Of a stretch of DNA of 64,000 bases, positions 37,615 through 46,660 are shown in pieces. The translations under genes and the position numbers were made by a program. Within the stretch, counting starts at the first letter, position 1. Every line of letters starts with the position of its first letter. The stretch is taken from IMG/VR virus record IMGVR_UViG_3300025015_000444. One strand, given 5' to 3'. This DNA comes from an uncultured virus (IMG/VR IMGVR_UViG_3300025015_000444) (Duplodnaviria; Heunggongvirae; Uroviricota; Caudoviricetes). The notes under the pieces are model-generated. The model searched no databases. It was not told the DNA's origin and saw only the letters and a program-made list of their open reading frames with translations.

Positions 37615-38979
37615 TTACTTGGCCACCGGGGTGAAAGTCAAACTAACACCTGAGTTTTTGACCAGATCCAACAGGGTTTGCAGAGTGATCCCCTGAAGAG
37701 GCCGCTCCGGTGTGGCGAGATTGCGGAGGTCTTGGCGTGCAAGGTCCAGTCGGGCTTGTAGCACTTGGACCTCCTGTTCCAGGCTCTTGAGCCGTTCCTC
37801 CACGGCACTCTTCGGTTGCGGCTCAGGCTTGGCCGTTTCAACCGGTGGGGGTACCGGGATAGGAACGGGCTGTTTCTGGACTGGCTCCGGGGTGGATCTG
37901 AAAGCCGGACAGGTGTCCAGAGCCGCTGCCGACGTGAACTCCCAAGGTCGAGCACCGCCCGTCAAGATACCTTTCAACGTGCCTGCTCGAATCAGTTCCT
38001 GTAACGCCTTCCTGGTGGTGTGTATCCCTCGTTGGTCAAGCACAATAACTGCTGAAGGAAGCCCGATGAGTTCTCTGGCCCATTCCCCAAACACCTGCGC
38101 CCGGACATCCTTGATGTAGGAATGAGGGTACAGGATATGGAACAGCTTCAGACTAGCTGCCTGAATCGCCCGTGTGGCCGGATAGCCTTGCCCGGTTTTC
38201 TGGAAAGACTGGAAATCGTTCCGAAGCCAGGCTTCCATCAAAGCCCGTTTGGCGGGATTCGAGGCGGGAAGCCCCCGCCAATGAGCCACCTGACTCTGAA
38301 CTTCCGTCTCAAGTTCTGGAGAGGCCGCACCCAGCAAATCGGTGACATAGGCAAGAAGGCTTGGAACATTCCCCAACCTGGAGGGGTCTTCTTCGATGGC
38401 TACCTGTACCCATTCAGCCAAGGTCGTGCCTGGAGTGGGCGCATTCGTCGGAGTCTCACCTACCCAAACCGTTTTCTCCACACTCGCACGAATGGCACGA
38501 CTGGTCCAATCTCGGTGCTGAGCCGATGTGATGAGCAACTGACTCCCGAAAGCTCGCCGAAGGGCTGCCACAATTTCATGGGTGGCCGGGATCCGACCCC
38601 CTTCCCGTTCGGCCTGAAGGTAGGCCACACCAACTTCGCGGAGATCCTCTTCAGTAACTATTGCCGGTGGAGGCACCTTGCCGTTGACCGGTTTCAGGAA
38701 GCCCTGTACCCGCAGTACCTGTTGGGCTGTAGACCATTTCCGAGGGATGCAGGCAAAAGGAACCCCGGCCTTACGTGCGGCTTCGTTGACTCGGTAATAA
38801 TAGGGGTGAGAGATCATGTCCCGGATGACGATCACCCCCGCGCAATCCGTGGGGATTACATCCTTGAATTGGGCTGGGGTTGGAGCATGTTGTCCGATTT
38901 CAATGCCTTCCTGACTGAGATTGCGGGCCAGATTCCCTTCCACTAACGACGGTTCCCCACCCGCGATGAAAACGCGCAT
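37615..38979 (-). CDS. hypothetical protein
   Basis: 454-aa ORF with AGGAGGT RBS and promoter motif. Confidence 0.7.
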   Translation of the reverse strand: MRVFIAGGEPSLVEGNLARNLSQEGIEIGQHAPTPAQFKDVIPTDCAGVIVIRDMISHPYYYRVNEAARKAGVPFACIPRKWSTAQQVLRVQGFLKPVNGKVPPPAIVTEEDLREVGVAYLQAEREGGRIPATHEIVAALRRAFGSQLLITSAQHRDWTSRAIRASVEKTVWVGETPTNAPTPGTTLAEWVQVAIEEDPSRLGNVPSLLAYVTDLLGAASPELETEVQSQVAHWRGLPASNPAKRALMEAWLRNDFQSFQKTGQGYPATRAIQAASLKLFHILYPHSYIKDVRAQVFGEWARELIGLPSAVIVLDQRGIHTTRKALQELIRAGTLKGILTGGARPWEFTSAAALDTCPAFRSTPEPVQKQPVPIPVPPPVETAKPEPQPKSAVEERLKSLEQEVQVLQARLDLARQDLRNLATPERPLQGITLQTLLDLVKNSGVSLTFTPVAK

Positions 38980-39000
38980 TGAGCACCTCCTACGAAAGGA

Positions 39001-39028
39001 TCTACCCGGAATCGAGTTAGCCTAAGCC
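39001..39028 (-). promoter_or_regulatory. phage promoter-like motif GGCTTAG-N14-GGGTAGA
   Basis: consensus match overlapping the tdk stop. Confidence 0.7.
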
Positions 39029-39585
39029 GAAGGTGCGGGAGGTGGCTCAAAACATTGGCGGCAACGTGGTTCATAGGCGTCTTTGCCGCCTACCAGAATC
39101 TGTTCCGCGCCCTGAATGATTCGTTGGGTTCGGTTGGCAGGGCGCCCGCAACGACAAGTGGCCATTGTGAAGGTGATCTGATGAGCCATCTCTTGCAAAG
39201 CTGGAACCGACCCGAACGGTTCGCCACGATAATCCAAGTCCAAGCCAGCCAAAAGAACGCGCAACCCGTTCTGAGCCAAGGTCTGAACAACAGGCACCAG
39301 ACCGGGTGAGAAAAACTGAATCTCGTCTATCCCGACCATCCGAACCCCTGGTTGAACCAAGGATAGAATCTTCTCGGGGTCGGTGTGAGACACCTCGATA
39401 GCCGGAAGCCAATCACCGTCATGGGACACAATCCGGTCATGACCATAACGTCCGTCAAGGGTGGGCTTGACAACTCTGTATTCATTGGGGGATCTTGACT
39501 GGAGACGTTGAATCAAGAGCTTGGTTTTCCCGGCAAACATGCAGCCAACTATCAAATTTATCTTGCCGGGTTGATGGTTTTCCAC
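39022..39585 (-). CDS. tdk: thymidine kinase
   Basis: GCMFAGKT, IDEIQFF, AGLDLDYRGEPF, GG..YEPRCRQC. Confidence 0.92.
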   Translation of the reverse strand: MENHQPGKINLIVGCMFAGKTKLLIQRLQSRSPNEYRVVKPTLDGRYGHDRIVSHDGDWLPAIEVSHTDPEKILSLVQPGVRMVGIDEIQFFSPGLVPVVQTLAQNGLRVLLAGLDLDYRGEPFGSVPALQEMAHQITFTMATCRCGRPANRTQRIIQGAEQILVGGKDAYEPRCRQCFEPPPAPSA

Positions 39586-40424
39586 AGGATATCCTTGGTT
39601 CGGTTGGTTGTGATGGCAAGTAGAAAGGGGACCCGATGTTCGATACACCATTGCTCGACCGCAACACATTTGGTTCCACGGATGTAGCGATCCACCAAAT
39701 GGGGGCCTTTGCCTTCAACAACCACTTGGTGGCCATCAGCGTAGGTCACGAGAAAATCCGGAAGGGCATGTCGCTTCGTTCCATCGGCGTCAACGAAACG
39801 AACTACGAAAGGGGACTCCCACATCACAACTTCCGGGGTTGCATCGAACAATTGCATGAGCCGAAGTTCGATACTGGTTGAACGATAAGGAACAACTGAA
39901 CCTTTGGCTTTGGGTGAAATGTGGTATCCCTTCACGTTGAAGTCCAGTCCGAGTAGACCCCGTCGAACATTGTTCCGGGAAGTGGCTTCCCTCCTGGATC
40001 TGTTCGCGGGTGTGGTTGGATCCTTCTGCGATTCAGACATCCTGCGGCGGGTCTCCTCAGATTTCGGGATCCCCTTTCTGGCCGCTGACATCTTTTCTTT
40101 CGTGCTTTGTTTTGCGGTTCGACCCAAGAGTGCTTTATGGATCTTCGCCTTTGTTTCCGCAGAATGTCTCTTCCCGTGAAAGGTTCCCTTATGCGGATGC
40201 GGCTTGCCGCGACGGGCTGCCGACATTTTTGCTCTTGTTTCTGTACTGGCCCTTCTCCCTAATGCGGCCACGCGCATTTTTTCTTTGGCCTCCTCGGTAT
40301 GGGGGTGCAGTTTCTTTCCAATGCGGGTAGCCGACATCTTGGCCCTGGTCTCTGCACTGGCCTTTCTCCCTAGATTGGCTTGACGAATCTTTTCCCTGGC
40401 TACTTCGGAATGATGCCAAATCAT
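39558..40424 (-). CDS. homing endonuclease-like protein (NUMOD3 repeats plus TnsA-like PD-(D/E)xK domain)
   Basis: repeated (H)SxET(R/K)xKMS units; YRS..E, PDFLV...VVEGKG. Confidence 0.8.
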   Translation of the reverse strand: MIWHHSEVAREKIRQANLGRKASAETRAKMSATRIGKKLHPHTEEAKEKMRVAALGRRASTETRAKMSAARRGKPHPHKGTFHGKRHSAETKAKIHKALLGRTAKQSTKEKMSAARKGIPKSEETRRRMSESQKDPTTPANRSRREATSRNNVRRGLLGLDFNVKGYHISPKAKGSVVPYRSTSIELRLMQLFDATPEVVMWESPFVVRFVDADGTKRHALPDFLVTYADGHQVVVEGKGPHLVDRYIRGTKCVAVEQWCIEHRVPFLLAITTNRTKDILWKTINPAR

Positions 40425-40455
40425 TGACCACCCCCACTCTCAGAATAGCAGAGGG

Positions 40456-40977
40456 TCAACCAATGTGCAACACCCCGCGAACATGCACCCAACCACCAAC
40501 TCTATCCGACCTGGCACCTGCTGCCCCCAACCCATGTTCGCACAGGGCTGCTTGATGGTGATGTATCTCAGCAACCCGTGCCACTATACCACGAGGATCG
40601 AAAACCAAGGGGGCCAGGGCCTTTCGCAGAGCCCTCACCTCCTGAGCCAAAGTCGGAGCCTGACACTCATTGACAACCCCGACTTCCCAAGTCCTAACCA
40701 GGGCCGCCAATTTCTCGGCAAATTCCCGGTACACCCCTGTTTGGTCCAGAGCCGTAGCCTCTTCAGCCAAGGCTTCTACGGTCAGGAGATGCTTCTGAAT
40801 GCAATCCAGACAGCGTTTCCGAGGGTGTACCAGATGGTCTTCCAACAGAATCAGATGTTTGGCAATCTCTCGTAGGTTAAACAGAGGGTCGGTCAAGTCC
40901 AGACGCCCTTGTAGGAAGCGAGTGGCTACTCGGGTAATCCTGGCTGCTTGACGGCGAAGAGTCTGATGTCGCTCCAT
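40456..40977 (-). CDS. hypothetical protein
   Basis: LLEDHL.HP.KRC.DCI.KH; RVA motifs. Confidence 0.65.
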   Translation of the reverse strand: MERHQTLRRQAARITRVATRFLQGRLDLTDPLFNLREIAKHLILLEDHLVHPRKRCLDCIQKHLLTVEALAEEATALDQTGVYREFAEKLAALVRTWEVGVVNECQAPTLAQEVRALRKALAPLVFDPRGIVARVAEIHHHQAALCEHGLGAAGARSDRVGGWVHVRGVLHIG

Positions 40978-41016
40978 GTCTCGTAGCTCCCCATACTGGT
41001 CGGGCAGATAGAGGAG

Positions 41017-41640
41017 TTACCGGGCGATGGGGCCTTTAGGGGTTAGCTTGACCTCTTCACCTGCCTGTTGGGTGACTGTGATCCGTTTGGCAACATCATC
41101 GGCCCGGCTCCAGGCAGCATCGTCCTCAACGGTATGGAGCACCGACTTCTGAAGGGGGGTCAGAAGCATGTTCCCCTCACGGGTCGCTGCCCCGGTGTCC
41201 TTGTCCAAACGCCGGGAAGTCAGTCCCATGGCTCCTGGCTTGAGAGCTTTTACGAGTCGGGGATCCATGTGGTCAATGGCGATGTCCCACACCATGTCCA
41301 GGAAGATTCCGGCTCCCAGTTGGATGGGCTGTCCCCCTAGAGTTGCAGGCATCCGTTGTCGAAACAAGGACCGTCCATCCCGGAGCTTGAGTTCCATGTC
41401 CAAGTAGTGAACAGGGATCGGAACGGCGGGACTAAGACAGTCCAGACGGATCTTGATAGCCACTCGTTTGTCGCCAAAAGTCAGCAATGGAGCATCCACT
41501 TGGCCCCAACCGTGAATAACGAGTTGAAGGTTCTTGCTTGCCACCAATCGAGCCAAAACCTCTTGTTCATCCTCGCTCATGGGGACATAGAGACCGTGAG
41601 GGTTCAGTCCCCCGAAAATGTTCTTGCCGTCGTTGCTCAT
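41017..41640 (-). CDS. hypothetical protein
   Basis: ATGA overlap. Confidence 0.65.
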   Translation of the reverse strand: MSNDGKNIFGGLNPHGLYVPMSEDEQEVLARLVASKNLQLVIHGWGQVDAPLLTFGDKRVAIKIRLDCLSPAVPIPVHYLDMELKLRDGRSLFRQRMPATLGGQPIQLGAGIFLDMVWDIAIDHMDPRLVKALKPGAMGLTSRRLDKDTGAATREGNMLLTPLQKSVLHTVEDDAAWSRADDVAKRITVTQQAGEEVKLTPKGPIAR

Positions 41641-42125
41641 ACACACACCTTCACATGACAGGCCCGGGGTTTCCCTTGCCTGATACCAGCATAGAACACT
41701 ACCGATTGCCCAACCAGGGGAATTTTGCCGTCTTGCACCTCACTCCGATGAAGGTGGTAGACTGATTGACTGTCCCCTTTCACGAATCCAAAGCCCCGAA
41801 GATGGTCGAAAGACTCAACCCGACCATGAACCGCCACCGGATCAGTCAAACGCACCACCGAGAGTGCCCGTGGCGCTTTCCCTGAAACAGGAACTTGGGT
41901 GAGGTCAATATCGACCTCAACGGCCTCGCCCAGAATAGGGGGCGGGACACCTTCAATCCAGTAACAGGTTTCCCGACGAATGCACTTGAGACATGAGAGA
42001 AAAGGTTTGCTACGGGCCTCTGATCGAAACATGCCAAGATGAAAGAAGACCTCACCTATCGAGCCCTCCAGAAAACCGAAGAGCTTGTCCGGGATATACT
42101 TGGTCACGAACATGTGGTGACCCAC
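41637..42125 (-). CDS. tandem cold-shock (OB-fold) domain protein
   Basis: FGFL..EVFFH and RGFGFV..YHLHRS motifs. Confidence 0.75.
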   Translation of the reverse strand: MGHHMFVTKYIPDKLFGFLEGSIGEVFFHLGMFRSEARSKPFLSCLKCIRRETCYWIEGVPPPILGEAVEVDIDLTQVPVSGKAPRALSVVRLTDPVAVHGRVESFDHLRGFGFVKGDSQSVYHLHRSEVQDGKIPLVGQSVVFYAGIRQGKPRACHVKVCV

Positions 42126-42134
42126 TGAGTCACC

Positions 42135-42512
42135 CTAGCCTACCAGCCCTTTGATCACACCTGACAGGATCAGCCCCAACACGTAGGAAACCTTCGTCAA
42201 ATAGTCCCGAATGGTCGAGTGTTGATCGGCTTCCGCCTGTTGCATCTGAGCTAAGATGTCGCTGGCTGTTCGCAGATCCGCCCAATCCATGGCCGGGGCT
42301 TTTCCGGCCAATGCGTCATTAATGGCCGCCAAAGCTAGGTCTACGCCTTGCGGACCATGTGTTGCCACAGCCTGAGCCATCAAAGCCAGGGCCGTTTTTT
42401 TCCACGGTTCTTGGGCATCGTTTTCAAGGTCGTGTAACAAATCCTTGATGGCGATGAGTGCTTCCTTCCCCAGGTGGGAACCAAGTGCAGCAATCAAACC
42501 TTGAATGTCCAT
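42135..42512 (-). CDS. hypothetical protein
   Basis: AAGGAGG RBS. Confidence 0.65.
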   Translation of the reverse strand: MDIQGLIAALGSHLGKEALIAIKDLLHDLENDAQEPWKKTALALMAQAVATHGPQGVDLALAAINDALAGKAPAMDWADLRTASDILAQMQQAEADQHSTIRDYLTKVSYVLGLILSGVIKGLVG

Positions 42513-42522
42513 GTGACCCTCC

Positions 42523-42867
42523 TTATGGGTTGACTATTGGAGCCGGACACAGGGTCTCTGCCAAAGGTACCATAGGGGGTTCCTTTGAGGGGGCCTTTCC
42601 CAGATCCGCATTGTACAGCATCATCGCTTTGTGCCAGGGAACCCGATGCTTGATCACCAAAGCATCATCCGCTGCTTGACGGCAATCCTCCGTGACGAAC
42701 TTGCCATCAGTACAAGTACAGGCGAGAGCCACGAACTTTTCCAGATGAGCCGCAGCCCGTGTCGATGCCTGTTCCATGAAGGTCACTTCTGTTTGATACA
42801 CCGCGGCATCCCTAATCACCTGGCCACAACCCCCAAGGCATACAAGAAACACTAACAGTTTTCGCAT
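42523..42867 (-). CDS. predicted lipoprotein
   Basis: MRKLLVFLVCLGGC lipobox-like signal; AGGAG RBS. Confidence 0.6.
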   Translation of the reverse strand: MRKLLVFLVCLGGCGQVIRDAAVYQTEVTFMEQASTRAAAHLEKFVALACTCTDGKFVTEDCRQAADDALVIKHRVPWHKAMMLYNADLGKAPSKEPPMVPLAETLCPAPIVNP

Positions 42868-42952
42868 ATCTGGGTCTCCTTGTTGTCCAAGACCGTGCTC
42901 GGACTTGTAGTTTGACTCTACCGAGGAGAGGTGGGTTTGATAGTGAGAAACG

Positions 42953-43255
42953 CTATTGCTTGCCGCCTCTGGGACCACAAGTCAAGATGCGTTGGGTGTT
43001 CAGACGGTGCTGGAAGGTGTCGATTTCAATCTGTGTGTCGAAGTAGCCAGCATATCGAGCCAGGGCATTGAGACGGGTTTGCTCTGCCTGAAGCATCTGG
43101 GGAACCAACCGGGCAAAAGAATCTCTTGCCTCCGGGATGCGGCTCAGGAAATCCAGAATGTAGTTGTCTCTCATTCGGATGGGGTTGGTTTCATCTCCAT
43201 CAACCCCAGCCAAGAGGTTGTCGCCTTCGTTCGAGACCCACCATTCCCCGATCAT
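42953..43255 (-). CDS. hypothetical protein
   Basis: co-oriented ORF filling the gap. Confidence 0.45.
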   Translation of the reverse strand: MIGEWWVSNEGDNLLAGVDGDETNPIRMRDNYILDFLSRIPEARDSFARLVPQMLQAEQTRLNALARYAGYFDTQIEIDTFQHRLNTQRILTCGPRGGKQ

Positions 43256-43290
43256 CGGCCAACCCCCACCCTTTCAGAAATATAAACGAG

Positions 43291-44001
43291 CTAGGCTGAC
43301 CCGGACGAAGAATCTGACTCGGGCAAAGGATCCGGAATCGGGGTCAGAATCGCCTCGATGTCTATCTCCTGACTCTGCTTGGCCAAAACCTTGAGGTTTC
43401 GGCGTCCCGTACCGGGAGCAGGAACAATCACCGGAGGAGGCACAACCACGGCCACTGGTGGGGTCGATTGGGGGTCCACCAAGCCATCCAGAATGTCCTC
43501 AGCGAGGCCGGGTCGTCCGAAAGGTAGACTGTCCGGGTTCACGATCACCGGTTGTGTCAAAGCCGGGGCCGTCTTGAACATCTTCTTCACGGGGGGCTTG
43601 GAGTCTTCTTGTTTGTCCATGGCCTCTTTCCGGGCGTCAATGCTATGTTGTAACTGTTTTCTGGACCGGCCGCAAGTAAGAGGGTCGATCCCCAATGCAA
43701 CTGCCTTCTCCCGGAGTTTCTTCAAGGAACCCAGGGGGGTAGTCGCTGCCCCATAGATGACTTCCAGGTACACAATACCATCAGGGGTGACAATCACTGA
43801 TGGTACCCCCCGTTTCCGACTCTCTTGAAGAGCCGCCCTGGCCACCATGGGGACCAGAGAATGATTGGTCAGAATCTCTTGGGCCTCCTGAACCCTGGCA
43901 GCCAGTTGGGTACGGAGATCCCGAAGATGGTTGTGGAGATCGCCCAGGAGAGATTGTGCCCAATCCTCCCGGAGTGGGACTCGGATGCGGGTGCTGGCCA
44001 T
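43291..44001 (-). CDS. hypothetical protein
   Basis: GGAGG RBS and TCGGGTAGA box upstream. Confidence 0.6.
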   Translation of the reverse strand: MASTRIRVPLREDWAQSLLGDLHNHLRDLRTQLAARVQEAQEILTNHSLVPMVARAALQESRKRGVPSVIVTPDGIVYLEVIYGAATTPLGSLKKLREKAVALGIDPLTCGRSRKQLQHSIDARKEAMDKQEDSKPPVKKMFKTAPALTQPVIVNPDSLPFGRPGLAEDILDGLVDPQSTPPVAVVVPPPVIVPAPGTGRRNLKVLAKQSQEIDIEAILTPIPDPLPESDSSSGSA

Positions 44002-44045
44002 TGGTATAGACCCTCCATCCGCTTCTACCCGAAAAGCCAAACAAC

Positions 44046-44073
44046 GGCTTAGTTGTTTGCTGTTTCGTGTAGT
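44046..44073 (+). promoter_or_regulatory. phage promoter-like motif GGCTTAG-N14-GTGTAGT
   Basis: consensus match upstream of the exonuclease gene. Confidence 0.65.
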
Positions 44074-44118
44074 AGAGATGTGAGGGGACCAAACAACGGC
44101 CCCGAAAGTTTGGTGACT

Positions 44119-44688
44119 ATGGCTAAGATGGCCCTTCGAGACCGCCCTCGGGTCTATCTTGACCTGGAAACCACTGGCTTGAATCCGGCCAATCACGAAA
44201 TCATCGAGATTGGTTTTGTCAGAGACGATGGTTTCTCTTGGCACATCAAGATTCACCCGGAGCATCCCGAAACAGCCGAACCCAAAGCCTTAGAGGTCAA
44301 TGGGTACACCCCGGAAGAATGGGAAACACAAGGGGCCACCTGCTTGATCCTGGCCTTGAGACAACTCCGGGTTTTTCTCGAAGACTGCGTGATCGTTGGG
44401 CATAACGTGGCTTTCGACGTGGCCTTCCTAGAAGAAGCCTTCCGGAAGGCTTCTGACAAGCCCTGGCACGCCTATTATGCCATTGACACAACCACTCTAG
44501 CCTACGAGCATCTGGTCCCTCTTGGACTCAAGAGCGTGAGTCTCAAGCACGTCTGCGAGTTCTTGGGACTCTCTCCTGAGCCAGACCAGCATCGGGCTTT
44601 GGCTGGGGCAGAGACTTGTCGCAAGGTGTATCAGAAGTTGGCTCGGGCTGGTTGGCTACAACGATTGTGGTGGGGACTCAGTTACTAA
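44119..44688 (+). CDS. DEDDh 3'-5' exonuclease (DnaQ-like)
   Basis: LDLETTGL, EIIEIG, GHNVAFD, IDT, HRAL (last Asp appears substituted). Confidence 0.88.
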   Translation: MAKMALRDRPRVYLDLETTGLNPANHEIIEIGFVRDDGFSWHIKIHPEHPETAEPKALEVNGYTPEEWETQGATCLILALRQLRVFLEDCVIVGHNVAFDVAFLEEAFRKASDKPWHAYYAIDTTTLAYEHLVPLGLKSVSLKHVCEFLGLSPEPDQHRALAGAETCRKVYQKLARAGWLQRLWWGLSY

Positions 44689-45500
44689 ACATCCCGGAAG
44701 ATGCCCCATAGCCAAGTCGGACCGGGGAGTTGCTTTGTGTCTGCCATCGGATACTTGACGGCTAGCTCGGCGAAGGTCTTTTCGGCATAGGTCTCAGCCT
44801 GCAACCGTAGGTCTACCCGTAGTTGTTCCTTGCGACGTTTCAGAAACTCCCCAGCCTTTCGGGTGGCATCCGCAGTGGCTCCCCAACCGGGTCGGTCTTC
44901 AAGTTGGATCCCTGCTGCGATGAGTTTCAGAACCGATCTCGGACCTTCTTCCTCGGCCTGTTCTACAACGGTATGCCGATACAAAGCCTTCGAAGATCCC
45001 CTCTGGCTGCTAAAAGCATTGGTCGAGCTTCCCAGTAGCATCAGCCGCCCTTTGTATTCAGCAGGCTCATAGATGGGAGCAATGTTGGCCGCCAATACTC
45101 TCAAGGAACTTGCACGTTCGATGGCCTCAGACTTGAGGAGCCATTTTTCAAATGCTTCCTCAGCCTTCTCAGGCGTCTTGTAGGAAGACACCCAGCTGTC
45201 ATACCGGTCCCCTTGCTTGGCTGCAAACTGTGGCTGGATTTTTTGATTGTGTTTCTTGTTGTCCTGGATGTATTCCGTGAGTCGCTTTTCCCCGTCCTGG
45301 ATCTCCTCATCCCGCAAATAGCCGTTATGCAACCCAGACATCAGTTGAATCTGGACGGGCTTGTAAAGGCCCGGCTTGTCAAAGTAAGCCAGATCCTTGC
45401 GGGTGATCGCAGCTTGGTGAAAGAGGGGGACTAGATGCTGACGGGTTTCAGGATGCTCTTGAGCGATCCGTTTCAGCCCGGCTAGTAGGGATTTGGACAT
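44685..45500 (-). CDS. hypothetical protein (shared N-terminal motif; possible virion-internal protein)
   Basis: LKRIAQEHPETRQHLVPL N-terminus. Confidence 0.65.
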   Translation of the reverse strand: MSKSLLAGLKRIAQEHPETRQHLVPLFHQAAITRKDLAYFDKPGLYKPVQIQLMSGLHNGYLRDEEIQDGEKRLTEYIQDNKKHNQKIQPQFAAKQGDRYDSWVSSYKTPEKAEEAFEKWLLKSEAIERASSLRVLAANIAPIYEPAEYKGRLMLLGSSTNAFSSQRGSSKALYRHTVVEQAEEEGPRSVLKLIAAGIQLEDRPGWGATADATRKAGEFLKRRKEQLRVDLRLQAETYAEKTFAELAVKYPMADTKQLPGPTWLWGIFRDV

Positions 45501-45517
45501 GAGACTCCCCCTGTCAT

Positions 45518-46348
45518 CTACTTGGCAGAGTCGCCAGCAGCTTCGGCCTCCACCAACATCTTGGCGAATTCCTGTTTCCAGCCACCGGGACGATGACCAA
45601 TGACGCCCAGGTAGAGAACCTGACCCTTCCCCGGATTGAACGAGGTCACATCCATCTCCCGCTGTTGAGGAAACACGGTGAAATAATAGCCGTTCTTGCC
45701 CATCCCCTGCTTGAGACAGAGACCGGTGTAATAGACCTTTGCCCGAGACTCACCCTTGGTGACCCCCTTGTCCACATACTCCTGAACCTGCTCGATCCGT
45801 TTCGGGTCGGGCTTGGCATTCTTGTCCCGGATGTAGACCACCTCAACCAAGGCCCGACGGTCAGAACCACCGGCTCCTGGCGGGGTGTAGCGATAAAGAC
45901 CCGTATCCTTGCCAGAGGTAGTCCCCTCGAACCGTTCTTTCTCGGTTCCGAACTCGACCACCAAGGCATCCCCGTCCACGTCTGTGACCGAGCCAACCTG
46001 CTCGTTACGACGGGCGCAAACATCGGTGTTCTTCGGGTTGGCATTCTTGGTTGCATCCACACGAACCATCTCACCCTTGGCAAGTGGTCCGCGTGTTGCG
46101 GTCGTGGCCTCAACGAAAGGAACGTCGATCTTGTCCAGCACCCGCTGACATTCCGAGGCAGTGAAGATGTCCTCCTTTTTCATCAGACACCAAGCCACGA
46201 ACTGTTCGGACTCGGTGTTGAATGCCTTACGAAGCACGGCAGCCACTCGGCCTGGATGCTCTTGCTGAATGACCGGGAGAAGTTCGGCCTGAAGATGGGG
46301 ATACTGCTGGGCCATCTTCAGAAGCCGTGTCAGAGTGGGGTTTGCCAT
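45518..46348 (-). CDS. hypothetical protein (shared N-terminal motif; possible virion-internal protein)
   Basis: LLKMAQQYPHLQAELLPVI N-terminus; strong codon bias. Confidence 0.7.
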   Translation of the reverse strand: MANPTLTRLLKMAQQYPHLQAELLPVIQQEHPGRVAAVLRKAFNTESEQFVAWCLMKKEDIFTASECQRVLDKIDVPFVEATTATRGPLAKGEMVRVDATKNANPKNTDVCARRNEQVGSVTDVDGDALVVEFGTEKERFEGTTSGKDTGLYRYTPPGAGGSDRRALVEVVYIRDKNAKPDPKRIEQVQEYVDKGVTKGESRAKVYYTGLCLKQGMGKNGYYFTVFPQQREMDVTSFNPGKGQVLYLGVIGHRPGGWKQEFAKMLVEAEAAGDSAK

Positions 46349-46402
46349 GTCTCATATCCTTTTTTGAGCGGTCATCGCCCGCTATCCTAGCCCTTGTATA
46401 AC

Positions 46403-46660
46403 CTAGTTATCGAGAGGAGGTCCATCAATCCGAAGCCGGGTTTGTTCCTCGGTCTGTTCCTCAGTATAAACCTCGACCTTGGCACCCTGTTCTTCCATGA
46501 CTGCCTGGGCCATTTCAGCGAGTTTGACGGTCCCGACCATCTTCCAAATGGTCAGCGAGCCGTTATGGATGAGAGGCGGATTCTGGGGTAGCCCCATGCT
46601 GAAGGAGGTCCCGCCCCGGATAAGAAAAGTCCAGACCTTCTGAAGATAGTGCAGGTCCAT
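46403..46660 (-). CDS. hypothetical protein
   Basis: TGATG coupling. Confidence 0.5.
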   Translation of the reverse strand: MDLHYLQKVWTFLIRGGTSFSMGLPQNPPLIHNGSLTIWKMVGTVKLAEMAQAVMEEQGAKVEVYTEEQTEEQTRLRIDGPPLDN

